This document shows, piece after piece, positions 27,301 through 39,800 of a DNA stretch of 64,000 nt (its first letter is position 1; every line of letters starts with the position of its first letter). The notes under the pieces were generated by a model. That model saw only the letters and a program-made list of their open reading frames with translations, searched no databases and was not told the DNA's origin. A program made the translations under genes and the position numbers. The DNA is from Pavona decussata (taxonomy: Eukaryota), in NCBI GenBank assembly GCA_977016875.1, contig CDRNST010000064.1:2356001-2420000 (forward strand). Reading direction: 5' to 3'.

Positions 27301-28732
27301 AGTTGTGAGAATGTACGTGACATCTGAGTTGCAAAAATCTGGCATTCAAGTACAATCCACCAAAGCCCTCACACATGTAAGTCTCATATGTTAAGCCAAC
27401 AGTAAACTTTTTTCAATAAACAATACTTGGGAGGCACCTTCACTTAGAAGGGCTTTGTAAAAATCTGGCCGCTGTATACCACAGGGCACATCAGCCATTA
27501 TTAATACAACAAAGGAATTTTACCTGAAGTGATGTTCATCATTCTTTGCACAAGTGACCTGCACTGCTCCTCCCAGCTGTAAACCTTGGCATACTCTTCA
27601 CAGATAGACTTCATTTCCACAAGTCGTACATTTCTTCTTTTCTGACGGACACTCCTGATTGCCTCAGCCCACCTGTTAGGATCGTCTGAATCCACTACAC
27701 AGATTGAAGCATGAGGCACATTCTTAAGAGCTTCTCCAAGACCAGAGTTGCCACTTACAAGCACAGGAAGACCAGCAGATAGAGCTTCAAGAGCAGGCAG
27801 CCCAAACCCCTCAGATCTTGATGGCATTATAGCAAGATCTACCTCACAAAACTGCTCAGCCAACTGCTCTCTTTCTTTGAAACCACGTACAACTAGTTGA
27901 TCACGGGAAATGCCTTGCTTAAGCAACATTTCTGCTACTTGCTGCTCTCTTCCACTTTGTACTCCAACAACCTTCAGTTTGTAGGGCTGTGACATGTCTT
28001 TCAACTTTGCAATTGCCTGAGCAGCAATGTCATAACCTTTCAGCTGCAAGTCTTCACTGCCACCACTCCCTAGCAACAGAACAGAAAATGTTCTTCTTTC
28101 TTCAGAAGCTTCCTTCACATCAGCAAACTCAGAGAAGATGCCTGGGGTGAGGTTGAGAACATTTTGATCTTTCTGGAAGGGACGCAGATATCCTGAGAAA
28201 GCTTCCTCCAGCTTGGGTCCAACTGCTACAACTTGATCAGACAATTCACAGAGTTTGACTTCTAATCTGTGCTTTTCCTCTCCTTTAGAAACAGCATCTG
28301 CATTGGTTTTGAACATTCCAAGCTCTTCAGGGTCAGTGTGGACAACCTGAATCCATTTACAATCATATTGGCGTTTTATCAGTTGCGCTTGTTTCCCGAG
28401 TTGGACTCCATGTCCAATCACACAGTCCACAGCATGATGAGCTGGTAGAGAGGACAACCAAAGATCTGGATTTATACCATGCAGTTTTTCTGCTTTAATG
28501 AGATGGACATTGTGACCAGCAGCAACTCTTTCATCCTCTTCACTGCATTCAGGGAGATAGACACTGGCTTTCACATCAGGGAACTTTGCCAACTGAATGG
28601 CGAGCTCTCTATTGATGGTTGACACACCTCCTTTTGTTGACCTCCATTCACTGGTTAGAAGAGTTACGTTCAATGTTCTTCTTGAGGACAAACTTGGGGC
28701 TTCCTCTCCATTACCTTCCTGTGATGTAGAGG
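14090..28732 (-). CDS. NLR-A: GT4 glycosyltransferase - linkers - OTU - linkers - NACHT - LRR (~2,100 aa; first exon not located; 1-bp frameshift at ~14349)
   Basis: In-frame exon chain: 27524-28732 (GT), 26879-26971, 26557-26658, 24523-24615 (linkers), 24051-24310 plus 22460-22721 (OTU), 21272-21364, 20927-21019 (linkers), 14090/14326-18380 (NACHT-LRR). All junctions are GT-AG and phase-compatible. Inclusion of each linker exon is predicted, not proven. Confidence 0.8.
14455..15290 (-). repeat. Coding tandem array of ~9 x 93-bp (31-aa) LRR units in NLR-A
   Basis: Consensus LASNKSLHTLTLTINxYSGxxxxWIxxLxxG; nucleotide period of 93. Confidence 0.93.
18639..20560. mobile_element. Non-autonomous DNA transposon (~1.9 kb) in an NLR-A intron
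   Basis: Perfect 16-bp TIR CAAGGCTGTGCTCTAA / TTAGAGCACAGCCTTG; internal ~270-bp direct repeat (~18700-18955 / 18970-19225); TSD unclear. Confidence 0.7.
20927..21019 (-). CDS. 93-nt phase 1-1 linker exon (R6) of NLR-A
   Basis: GFFGGSQSSVAVNSQLPFPAASQTHLTSGIQ; acceptor TTTTCCCCTCTGAAG, donor GTTGGT. Confidence 0.65.
21272..21364 (-). CDS. 93-nt phase 1-1 linker exon (R5) of NLR-A
   Basis: GFSGGSQSSVAGYSQSPFPAASQTHLRCGTE; same acceptor and donor context as R6. Confidence 0.65.
22460..24310 (-). CDS. OTU deubiquitinase-like domain of NLR-A (exons 24051-24310 and 22460-22721)
   Basis: Cys-loop GSGNCMFYALSEQL, LRQxIVQYLxxN, YLxxMxxDGTWGD, His-loop HHYVSL; phases 1-0 and 0-1. Confidence 0.88.
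23140..23305 (-). repeat. Degenerate tRNA-derived repeat in the OTU intron (paralogous copy ~59850-60010)
   Basis: Reverse-complement similarity to the 55474-55900 unit (ATACTGCTAGGATTTGAATGT, CACTCAGCTACAGGA). Confidence 0.55.
23462..24017. mobile_element. Foldback MITE with ~190-bp TIRs and a 7-bp TSD (P-element-like termini)
   Basis: GTTAGAC|CACAGGCGTCCCAAGCTCACG ... CGTGAGCTTGGGACGCCTGTG|GTTAGAC. Empty site with a single GTTAGAC in paralogue B at ~60163. Confidence 0.9.
24523..24615 (-). CDS. 93-nt phase 1-1 linker exon (R4) of NLR-A
   Basis: GFSVGSQSSVAVNSQLPFPTASQTHLTSETE; donor GTAGGT. Confidence 0.72.
26030..26065 (-). pseudogene. Truncated remnant of a linker exon (R3)
   Basis: Only ACTGAAGACTGACTTCCACCAGAAAAACCTTCA remains; the 3' half, the donor and the pyrimidine tract are lost. 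Confidence 0.6.
26276..26486. mobile_element. Small palindromic MITE
   Basis: TIR CCCAAATGACTTTTCAGATCGCTTTTT and its reverse complement. Confidence 0.65.
26557..26658 (-). CDS. 102-nt phase 1-1 linker exon variant (R2) of NLR-A
   Basis: GYSVGFSPSSVAGYNQLPVTFPVTSQTYLRSGTE; indels preserve the frame. Confidence 0.62.
26879..26971 (-). CDS. 93-nt phase 1-1 linker exon (R1) of NLR-A
   Basis: GLPERRHSSVAGYSQLPFPAASQSHLASGTE; donor GTAGGC. Confidence 0.72.
27524..28732 (-). CDS. GT4 (Glycos_transf_1, MshA-like GT-B fold) glycosyltransferase exon, N-terminal domain of NLR-A
   Basis: 1209-nt phase 1-1 exon. Contains KGGVSTINRELA, VVHT, KGYD and the intact E-x7-E motif PSRSEGFGLPALEALSAGLPVLVS; ends YSWEEQC. 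Confidence 0.92.
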
Positions 28733-29098
28733 CTATGTTAAGAAAGGAGGACTCCTAAAAGACAATATAATTATTTACTGATAAGCTGCAAGCAGTGTTC
28801 CTTCTCAACTAAATTAGTTAAGGCAAAGGGTTGTTATACTAACCAAAGAATATTGGGCAAATTATTATAAATTGAGATATCGATTTCCTGCTTTGAGAAA
28901 ACACTGTTTTGCTTGAAGTGAGAAGGTAAAACTTGACTTGCAGTTGCAAAAACATTCTGGGATTTTAGAATGTCTACTGGAATGCAAAAACAAACAAATC
29001 CACTAATCCCCTTGAAATTGAGGCACCCCACCTTCATCTTCAAAATGAACACATTCTCTTTATGACCGTCTGTGCAAGATTGGCTAATCAGCCAGGAG

Positions 29099-31220
29099 CG
29101 GCAGGTCTATTCCGGGTGAGGGGTGGGGGGTGGGGGTGGGGGGTGAGGGGTGGGGGGTGAGGGGTGAGGGGTGAGGGGTGGGGGGTGAGGGGTGAGGGGT
29201 GGGGGGTGAGGGGTGAGGGGTGGGGGTGAGGGGTGAGGGGTGGAGGTGGGGGGTGAGTTTAACAGACGTGGATCTAGACTCTCATATACTCTCATAGACT
29301 CTCATATATGTTGACATTTGCAACCATGTTACTCTCCAAAGTCTCACGACGTTACGGCCGTACCACGTAACTCAATTTACATACATCGTGTATGTCAATA
29401 CTTTGACATTTGCAACCATGTTACTCTGCCAAAGTCCCACGAAGTTACGGCTAAATCTTCAGATGATAGGCCACCCTCTTATTTTTTCAAGTAAATAACT
29501 AGAGACCCATGCCTTAATTTTCTTGAGGGGGATACAAGTCAAGATGTAATCCATGCAGGTTTTTTTCACGGTATCATATTGGTGCAAGCGAAAACTGAAA
29601 AAAAAGCTACATAAAAATAGAAATGTCATCGTAGTTGCATGCAGCAAAGGACGGAAATTTCCCCCTGTGCATCCTTGTTCAGTAAAGTTCCGCTTGTAAG
29701 CACCAACATGACTACAGTGAATACCACCACTAACATGAGATTCGCTGGCTTGTGTACATTATTAAATGAATTTTTCGCGACACGTGAATTTCGAGATTTT
29801 GAAGTGTACATCGCAGCACTTGATTTTGGCCAATTTTCTAAAGGCTTGCACGGCAAGTCACTTAATTTAATTTTCGTGACTGAATTTTCCCGTTGTCACG
29901 AAATATGCAAAATTAGAAAGTGTCACAAAAAATTTATGTGCTAAGTTTGTTTTTCGAATTGAATTGATAATTTTATCGTCAGCTGTAATTGTTTGTGCCA
30001 CTGAAGTCCCAGTACACGTTACTTCAGCATTATTTACGCACGTCCGTTAAAAATTTTAAGGACCAATCTTATCAGCGGCCAACCTCAAGCTTTACTCTGT
30101 TGGACGATTCGACCATTGAAATGCCTTAATCGGCAACGGCAAATACACTAGAGCTTATTGTCGTGAGAGTTATCTCTCGAATATAAGTGATACCAGCATA
30201 TTTTAGTTACTAAAAACATGTTTGTTGTTTATTTTTATGTTCCGTTTTCTATTAATGGAACTCTGATTACAAGGAAGGGAAAACGGAAATCTGAAATTGA
30301 AAGAAATTATAAACTGAAGGCATTGAACTTTTTTCTTTCTTTTTTCTCTGATCCTAGAGAGGATTAGAAATGAAGATTCGAAATGTAACATGCTCAAATC
30401 CCAAATACAAACGAGAAAAGGGAAAAACATTTTTTCTCTGCCCACCAAAAAAAAAAAGGGGGGGGGGGGGAGGTGAAGGAAGGAAACTGCTCGCTAGTTA
30501 AAGTAACGATTCAACAAAACCAGTCTAGATTCCGGTTTTTCACATGCCACTTTGGCAAATTCGTAAAAGTTAATCCAGATTATTTACAGTTACAGTTGTG
30601 TTGCAGTTTCAAGATTCTGAATTAATATGAGAGTAGAGGGTTCATATCTCAAGAGCAGAACGTTTGTTTGTGTAATGACAATAACGACATTTGTAATTGT
30701 ATCGTGACAATAGCGACATTTAGTAGTATTGACGCTTGCTCCACTTAGTATCATTGACAAACCAGCCTATCAACTGGTTTTTCGAAGGCCATATGGTACA
30801 TGATTAACCAGGGAAAGTTAATCTAGTTTATTTGTATATATAAAGTTACAGTTTTGTTACACTTTGAAGAATCAAAACCAATATGACGTCAGTTGTATCA
30901 TTTAGTCGATCCAAGATCCAAGATCTTACGAGTCTCAAACAAAAAAGCAATACAATAAACGATAGCCACAGTTTGGATTACTTTTATGTGTTTGTCGAAC
31001 TCAATAATGTTAAGGTGGATCGCAGATCCCCACAGCTCGCGCCATGAACAAATTAAACGTACCCTCACCCCCGACCTGGTGATTTCGTGTGAGATTGCAG
31101 GATGTTCGTTTATCACGTATATGAGAGTCTAGATCCACGTCTGTTAAACTCACCCCCCACCCCCATTCCTCACCCCTCACCCCCCACCCCCCACCCCTCA
31201 CCCCCGGAATAGACCTGCCG
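29099..31220. mobile_element. Non-autonomous DNA transposon with an 8-bp TSD and G-rich (GGGGTGA)n TIRs
   Basis: GCCAGGAG|CGGCAGGTCTATTCCGG..(GGGGTGA)n..GAGTTTAACAGACGTGGATCTAGACTCTCATATAC, with the inverted copy ending CCTGCCG|GCCAGGAG. Confidence 0.88.
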
Positions 31221-33790
31221 GCCAGGAGTCATATTAAACATGAAATTGAGAATTTACTGAAAGTTTGTGGTTTTATAGGGAAAATTGGCATACAGCATTT
31301 GAATGTCAGCATACTGTGTGTGTTCAGTGCAATGTGCTAGTATGTCTGTACATGTTACTGAGGCTGCACAGATTATTGTATCTTGTTTCACATCAAAACT
31401 TACTATGTGTAACTTAATGAAACAAACTAAAGGATTTTCAACTTTTCTAAATACTACATTGCACAGATCAGTTATATAAACTTGTTGCAGACTGAATCCC
31501 TGGAATCTTATGCCAACCGTTACCTGTCACTTTACTTCTAATTCTGTAAAAAGTTATTACAAATATCTTTAAGTGTACTATTCAAAATCCATTTTTATAA
31601 AATCTCCTTCACAGTACAAAGCAAGCCAAGTTGTTTAATATATCAAATACAAGTTAGTTTCTATGACAAGCTGAATTCAACCTTAATTTCTCAATTGACA
31701 AAAGCTATGTCACATTGTCACACCCAGAAGTATTTAACCTTACAGCTGATCATAATAGGCAACCAAGTTTCCCCCTTAAAACCAAAGATAATACCTTTGA
31801 TAGCCCTGACATCACAGGAAGCCTTTAATCTTGTTGATTACTGAAACTGAAAAAAAAAACTCAAACATTTAGTAGGAACTGTGGTTTTAATTTAGATTAG
31901 ATTCATGATTAAAGCTGTATGCATGGTACTAATAATAAATAAAAAAAAAATAAAATTGATTGACAGAAGCAAACAAAAGAGGGAGATGGGGAGAACTCTT
32001 ATTAGGTGAATAACTAAACTGTTTATTTTTTTGCCTATAAGAGGCACTAAAACAGAGATGATGGCAACAAATACAGTTAGCACATGATTTAAAACAAACT
32101 ACACTGTATCCTTTAGTTTCTTCTTTACTGCCTTATAGCAGATGCACTGTCCAAAATGCTTTGACTGTAATTCAGACTTCTCTATCAGCCATACTATAGT
32201 ATAATATTATTGTTGCACCCCATAGCAAGAACTGAGATAAGAAAATACTTTGTGCGCCAGACATTATGAACATGTTGTTCGTTTTTGGGTTGCCTGCATG
32301 TGCTTACAAGCCTGTGATTCCAGTCAGCGGTATAATTATATAATATTTAACCCAACTGAGACTTCTTGTACATTGCTATGAGATTAGCTGATTAAAGCCT
32401 TGAGCAGGCAATTGTCTCTCTTGCGTCACACATACAACAATAGTAGTGAATACTAATAAATATTAAACATAAAGAGTTGGAAATTGCTGGTATCAATGTT
32501 GTAACTTACCAAATCATACTCCAAGAACATTTGCACATCTCGAGCCAACTCTTTAACACTTGAACTGACAGATAAACTGAAATCAAGAGTAGATAATAAT
32601 ACCTGATACCTCTTAACTCTCAGTTGGTAAGAGTAACACCTCTTACTAACTGGGTTAAAGGTCCATACTGTAAGTTGCACCAGTCTTAGTCCATACTGTA
32701 TGGACTGAGAAAATGAGATTACTAAGATATTTATTATATCTCTGTGGTTACTCAGATGCGAGAAAAAGGAAACTTACAAATTTAGTGGCTGTACAGTGAA
32801 ATACAGCCTGCAAAATTGACCCATCAAATTGCTCGTACTAACTGAGAGATACAATAAAAACTAATATAGCATGAATTTTGACATGCAATTGGAAAACACT
32901 GATGTGTATATGATTGCACAATAACAACAATAAATTATTGATCTGAGACAATATTGTACGATTTTGAGGGACCACAGACAACTGCAGAAGGTAGAGCAAC
33001 ATGGTTTTAGCATCAACGTTAACAGTCATTTGGATCATCTTTGATCAACATTGCAGAATTGAAGACAGTAACTAGCAAGATTTACGCACAGCCCCATACT
33101 TTAATTATGCAGACATTTTATAGCCTGCGTCGCAGACAGTTTATAAATCCCCGATATATACAGTCTGCGCAACGGCTCCAAAAAGCTTGTTCTGGTATCC
33201 CGCCAGTTTGCAGGGATATCTGTAACCGTTTCGGATTGGTTTAATTTCTAACGCGCTCTCTGATTGGTCGTTCCTTCTTGAGCAATCACGCAATACTCTG
33301 CTCTCCAGCCGTGATGCTAAAAATGCGATTTGTACTTGCTAGTACTTTCCCGGGTTTTCCCTTGGATTAATCGATGAATAGTTTTGACATATTTTAGCGT
33401 TGTGAATCAAAAGAAAATGACGGTCATTTCTGAAGAAAGTTGGGAACCAGCGTTTGGAGCCGTGAAAGAGCAATTTGAAATATCTAATCTTCTGCCCGAG
33501 CAAGAAAATTTGCTTCGGGAATTGCTGTTAGGTAAAAATATTTTTGTCGAATTGTTTCCATCCCTAAACGAGCAAAACTCTTTCGTGACTCTTTTCTATA
33601 TCACGACAGCATAAATTACAAAAAACTGACGAATCAGGCATAACCACTTTGACCTTTTGATATACAAATAAATTGTTTTGTACTGCAGCTTGTACAAATT
33701 TTATTTTTAGCTTTGTACAGTATTGCGTGATATTGCTCAATAGGGAAATATCCAATCACACAACGCGTTAGAAATTGAGCCAATCAAAAA

Positions 33791-36340
33791 GGGAGTAGGG
33801 TACTGTCGAGTTTGGATTCGAGTTCGAGTTCGAGTTGGACTTCGAGTTAGACTTCGAGTTGGACTTCGAGTTAGACTTCGAGTTGGACTTCGAGTTAGAC
33901 TTCGAGTTGCGAGTTAATAATTCAAACGCAAGTATATAATTGATAATAATGTATAATTATTATTTATTATTAATGTTAATAAGCAGAAATATGTATAAGC
34001 TGGGATATTGGGATATTGGGATTTTTCATTTTTTACATGGTTTAAGTAATAAAATTGCTGGCAAATACCAAAAATATAGAGCAGGGATATGGTACCATTT
34101 GTCACTGGAATGAATAATAACAAATGGTCCATTTTTGGGCGAAATCTGGAAAAGTTTTTGACAAGGTCCTTTCACATGAAAATTGGAAAGGAAGTAACTG
34201 TCTTCTTTTTTTCTCCAGCTTCTCAGCATTTCTAAATCCTAAATCTTTGATTAGCTAATCACGCGCGCTCCTGCGGTCCGGATTTTCCCATCTGGACCCG
34301 GAGTACGGACCGTTCCGAAATTTCCAACTTTGATAACGTTTCAAGCTTTTTGTTGCACCGTAAGACAACGTAAAATGTAAACATTTAACACAGAGTCAAA
34401 CAAGTACGGATTCCGATAGCTCAATTTGGGGCCAAAATGTCAAACGCACGCGTACGCCACATCTATCAAAATATTTTTCCCTCCCCCCCTCTACATAAAT
34501 AATGAGCGGTCCCTAAACCTCTACTTGTGATCTTAAAGGCGTTAGAAATAGAAGCCAGACTCATTCCCGGTCATGGTTTGTCTGTTTACTGCTACAAGAG
34601 TTTTGCCGGGGCCACATTTTTTTTAATTTCAAAATTTAAGGGACCAATAGCCTCCTCATCACCTCCCAAAAACCAATACGTACACTACATGTATTTAAAA
34701 GGTCAAAAAACTAGTCGTGCGTCAGAGATAAACGAATGTGAATAATTTATCAAACGACCAGTCACATATTAAGTTTCGAATTGAATTGATCTGAATTCAA
34801 TTGCTTTGAATTGAATTGAATCGGATTGATCGGAGCTATTGAAAGAGTAAAATGAGAAAACAAACTCATAGCTACTAAAATAAAATTATACATTACTTGC
34901 TTAAGATAATTAACCGGAAGACAGCAAACCGGCAGTCCAAATCTTTGGGGTAATTTAAAATTATTTATTTATTTATTCACCACGACATACAATCATAGAA
35001 AGTTACAGTGAATAATAGACTAGGATCTTATCAATCTTATCTGATCAAGTTTAATACTGTGCCACTTGGGGCCTCTTCATATGAGCCCGGTTGACCGGGC
35101 TGGCTCGGTTTCCGAGATCTCGTCTCGCCACTCTTTTCTTAACAAAAATTTCGATGTGTTCATATGAGAAGGCGGACTGGCCCGGTTACCGAGATCTCGG
35201 TAACCGAGCTGGAAATTTTTCCCAAATGAACACTCCGTCCTGGATACCGGGACTGACCGGGACGAGACAATTTTAACTGAGCATGGCTTGTAAGGTCGCT
35301 GACAAGTCAGGGAAATTGTTTTTATACAGAGTTAACCTCCCGATTTCCCTATTCAGGATGTTTTTGTATTTGTGTTAAAGCCTCCTGAATAAATGTTATG
35401 TTAAGTCGGAACGCGGGCCCACGAGTATTTTGGGCCTTAAGGACATTTTTCATCTCGGTAACCGTGATTAAATTTCCCATATGAACAGAAGACAAAATTC
35501 GTCCCGCCTACCGGGCCAGCCCGGTTACCGGGCTCATATATGAAAAAGCCCTTGGATGGCCGTACAAGCAAATAAAGCTACCTACAGGAAAATACAATCT
35601 TAAAACGTCATTTCTTTATTCACTCTCTTCTGAAATGCCGTTTTCATCAATGATGAAAATATAACACTTACATTGTATCGCCACGTGCATTATCGCCATC
35701 CTTCTCTGGTGATGAAGATATCTCAATGATTGTTTCATCCCTGAAAACACAGGCATGTTTCAGCGCTAATTCAAGCAAATCTTTAAACTGCAAGTCTTCA
35801 TAAAGTAAATCAAACCTACCTTTCCATTGTTAATACAGGATGACCAGCAACAGTGCCTATGATCATACCATCGTTCATCCAGGAAATGTGAGATTTGGCA
35901 CAAGATAACTGGACGTGGACAACGCTAGTGTCACGCGTCACGCGTCACGCCACTTGCTCTTTCTTAACGGAGATGGATACTGTTTTGCACTTTCTTAATA
36001 GAGGTGAACACTCTTTTGATTTACATCCTTTTTCTTCATGAGAGATCGTTGGTTAGCATCATGGAGCATGGTTAGCATTTACATTTTGCGGAAAAATAAT
36101 CTTTATCATACTATCGTTGGTTTGTGCCCTCCCATCCCCCGTTGACGGGTATGCTAGTCATAAGCGGTCCTTGTAAGTATCTGTAAGTATCTCGGCTGGT
36201 TCTGGTTTTGCGGCCTCTAATTTCTTTTTTTTTTTTTTGGTATTTTTATTGTAATCTTAACTCGAAGTCCAACTCGAAGTCCAACTCGAAGTCTAACTCG
36301 AACTCGAACTCGAATCCAAACTCGATGATTCGGGATTCCC
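33791..36340. mobile_element. Nested DNA transposon with an 8-bp TSD and (GAGTTRGACTTC)n subterminal arrays
   Basis: ATCAAAAA|GGGA ... TCCC|ATCAAAAA; 12-bp repeats at ~33806-33910 are inverted at ~36260-36325. Confidence 0.8.
35069..35551. mobile_element. PIF/Harbinger-like MITE
   Basis: TTG|GGGCCTCTTCATATGAGCCCGG ... CCGGGCTCATATATGAAAAAGCCC|TTG; 3-bp TSD. Confidence 0.75.
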
Positions 36341-37699
36341 ATCAAAAATAGTTACAGAAATCCCTGCAAACCGGCGGGATACCAGAACAAGCTTTTTGGA
36401 GCTATTTCGCAGACGGACTATATCGAGTTCTCTACAGGTATTGAGTGACAACTCCGGCTGCAACCCAGGCTAACATTTTACGACTTAAACACCATTCATG
36501 CTCGTTTTTTGTGTAACAGGTATGACAGCGTCACATGTATAATTTTATTGGGGCTGTGTGGAAATCTTTTCCAATAAATTGCACCTGAATTTTTGGAGAC
36601 AAACTTTGCAGTATTGTTTAGAATCATTTCAAGGCTTTGCGATGTATCTCTTAGTCTAGGATCAACAAATTATGGACGCTATTATTATTCGCTGTACAAA
36701 CAACGCGCCTTTAATAAGGAGCCTAGCCATGCGTGACTAGCTTAACTGCGTCATAAAAAATTACCAACCAAGAAGAAATGCTTGATCTTTTGATCAGCTT
36801 GCACCAAAACATTTGATAGAAACGTAGACTTGAACTTACTGTTAGCATTCTGCGATAAATGTGACTCAACAAGACATTGTCGGAGACATTTCAGTTAGCT
36901 TGAAATTAAGCTTAATTTGCATGTTTCTACCGACATAGCGTGCCTCACACTTTTCAACGCGAGCCTCTTTTAATCAGAGTCACGCAGAGATCTCCATCAA
37001 GTTAAACTTAATCCAAAGAAGCAGTTAAAAGCAATGTAAAACGTGTTCGTTATTAAGTCAATAGTAAGATTATCAATTTCAAGCAACAATCTCTGCAACA
37101 TGTAAGCTTGATTCCAACGCGAAGCCTCCTTGAACAATTTGATTAATCTCGAGCTTTTACAAAACACTAAGACCCATCTTCATTGAGAGATTAAGGTGCA
37201 TTTGAATCAAGGGTTCTTTGAAAGTGAAAAACCAAGCTTAACAGAGCAAACTATACACGCTATATCCACTTTGGCATACGCTTACCTCCGAAAAATTCGC
37301 CAAACAATCAGCTTCACGATCCACGGAGAAAGTTTGCCCACAGCTAAGCTCCATGAAGTTGATTCGACTCGCTACATGTTAACAATCTCGGTAAAAAAGG
37401 TTTTCTCACCCCATGATTGCAATATTAAAAGCGAAAGTACGAGTAAATTATGTTTCAACACGAGAAGGCAGAAGAAAACCTTCTTCGCTTCCTCCTTCTC
37501 GGAATGCACGCTTTGATGAAGAAGGGTTTTTTTCCCGGGTTGGGTTTCGTTTTCCAGAAGTGATCTGATTTACAGGATTGGAAAGTCGGGACAATGGACT
37601 TACAAAAAAAAGGAAAGTGAAATTCTCGAGCCTTTCGTAAATAAATAAGATAAGTAAATGAATAAAATACAGATTTATTAAAATATAAAATAATGATGA

Positions 37700-39800
37700 A
37701 ACAATGGCCTCAGGGAGGCAGTTCCAGTCGGCTATAGGTCTTGGAAAAAAAAAACGAAAATTTAAAAATGTCCTTACTTCCATATGACACGGGAAATTTA
37801 AATTGACGGCTTCCCCTCGTGCGACTCTCGGGGTGATGAATTAAATATTTTCGGCTATCTATATCAATAAGATCGTGAGTCATTTTATACATAAGTGTTA
37901 GTCTAAACTGCCTTCTTCTTGTTTCCAATGTGGCCCACCCTAAGTTTTTAATCATGTCCGTAACATTCCCATAACTGTTGTAATTTTCTGAGCAGAACCT
38001 TGCCGCCCAAGAGACTATGAGGTCTTTTGTGCCGCCTTACGCTGAACCCTTTATAGAGCACTGATATCTTTCTTTAAGAAGGGGTCCCAAGCCGCGCTTT
38101 CGTTTTCCAGCTTCGGTTGTATATAGGGATGTATATGCAATTTCTTTTACATTCTTTGGACAATTCCAAAGGTTTCGTTCTATTGTACCCAGCGATTTGT
38201 TTGCTTTAGCTGCTGTTATAGAAACATAAGCTGACCAATTGAGCTTGTTACTGATAGTAACCCCAAGGTATGGGAAGCTATCAACCTGCTCTAACTCTAC
38301 ACCACAGAAGATATATTTTCTCAGGGGCGGATTGATCTTATGTGAGATGGTAACAATTTTGCAATTAGAAGAATTGAACTCCATTTGCCAAAGGTGCTGC
38401 CAGGATTCTAGCCTGTGTAAGTCAGATTGAAGAAGATCGCAGTACGCGTCGCTTGCGACAATGCCGTAAAGTAAAGCATCGTCCGCAAAAAGCCTAACTG
38501 ATGATTGCCCGTTATCTGGTAAGTCGTTTATGTATCATAAAAAGAGCAACGGCCCGAGGACTGTACCTTGGGGAACACCGGAAGACACTGGACATTGACT
38601 TGATGTTTGGCCTTCACAAACAACTGATTGAAAACGTTGGGTAAGAAACGACTCTAACCAATTTAGGAGCGGGCCTTGGATTCCATAGTGCTGCAGCTTT
38701 CTCAGGAGTCGCCTATGAGGGACCTTGTCAAAGGCTTTGGCAAAGTCCAAGACGACCTCGTGGATAGATGAGCTCTGAATAGTCTTTGCCATATCGTGTA
38801 AGGTGAGAATTAGCTGCTTCTCTGTGGATCTCTTTGCCCTGAAACCATGCTGACAATCCGTTAAGATGTTATGGTCGTTTAGATGTTTCATAATGAAGCT
38901 GTGGACAATATGCTCGAGGATCTTTGATGCAACACAGGTGAGAGATATAGGTCTATAATTGGCTGGGTCAGATTTCTTTCCCTTTTCAAAAACTGCACAC
39001 ACATTTGCCTCCTTCCACCTATAGGGAACAGTGACACTGTCTGTCGAGTCCTGAAAGATGACTTTTAATATTGGAGCGATTTCTGCAGCAAAATGTTTGA
39101 GAAACCAAGGTGGGATTTGGTCTGGGCCACAGACCTTGTTAGGGTTTAATGAAGACAGTTGCTTTAAAACTCCTTACAGTTCTGAAACAATTAAAGGCCA
39201 GGTTTGAGATTTGAGCCCATATCTGGAATGTTTTCAAGGTCCTCCTTGGTAAATACACTTGAAAACTGGCTGTATAAGATTTCTGATTTAAGAGCACTAT
39301 CACTTATGACTTTACCATCCACTTCAAAGTCTGCATCCTTGGATTTTGTTGATTAAGCCGTTTTACGTAGGACCAAAAGCGTTTAGGGTTGTCTTTGATT
39401 GACTCACTAAGGTGGCCACTGATATACTCTTCCCTTGCAGACTTAAAGATTATTTTGTATGCGTTTCCTGGCGGCAAAAAACTTGTTCCAGTGGTGTACA
39501 GATCCCGTTTTCTTTGCCTTGTTGTTTAGTCTTTGTTTCACTTTAGACTGTCGCCGAAACGAGCGATTCAACCAAGGTAAGTTGTATCTTGAACTTGTCA
39601 TCTTATGCGGGATGCAAGAGACCATTATGTTGCGAACACTATTTTCAAAATCATTCCACTTCGCTTCCACCGAGTTGTTATCATATTGAGTGTTGAGCTT
39701 TGCAGCAAGTGCTTGTAATTTCAATTTAATATGCTCATCGTCCGATCCCTTTCTGATATAAACTTTACGCTTAACATGCCGTTTTTTCTGGCAAAATTCG
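37700..39800 (-). mobile_element. Decayed, 5'-truncated non-LTR retrotransposon (CR1-group LINE) reverse transcriptase
   Basis: Frameshifted fragments with NYRPISLT, QHGFR, LDFAKAFDKV, GVPQGTVLGPLLFL, LFADD, YLGVTI, LGWxTLExRR. Confidence 0.9.

Larger units (their letters stand above)
33121..36472 (+). mobile_element. AcademH-like non-autonomous DNA transposon with a RecQ helicase N-terminal remnant (~33417-33550)
   Basis: ACATTTTA|TAGCCTGCGTCGCAG ... CTGCAACCCAGGCTA|ACATTTTA; subterminal inverted repeats at ~33175-33218 and ~36360-36402. The peptide FEISNLLPEQENLLRELLLGKNIFV resembles the RecQ segment just before Walker A. Confidence 0.72.

Noticed and set aside
29107-29295. Pro/His-rich ORF
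   Set aside because: Translation of the (GGGGTGA)n tract in a transposon TIR.
33806-33913. Regular short repeats resembling a CRISPR array
   Set aside because: Contiguous 12-bp units with no spacers, mirrored at 36260-36325 as transposon subterminal repeats, in eukaryotic DNA.
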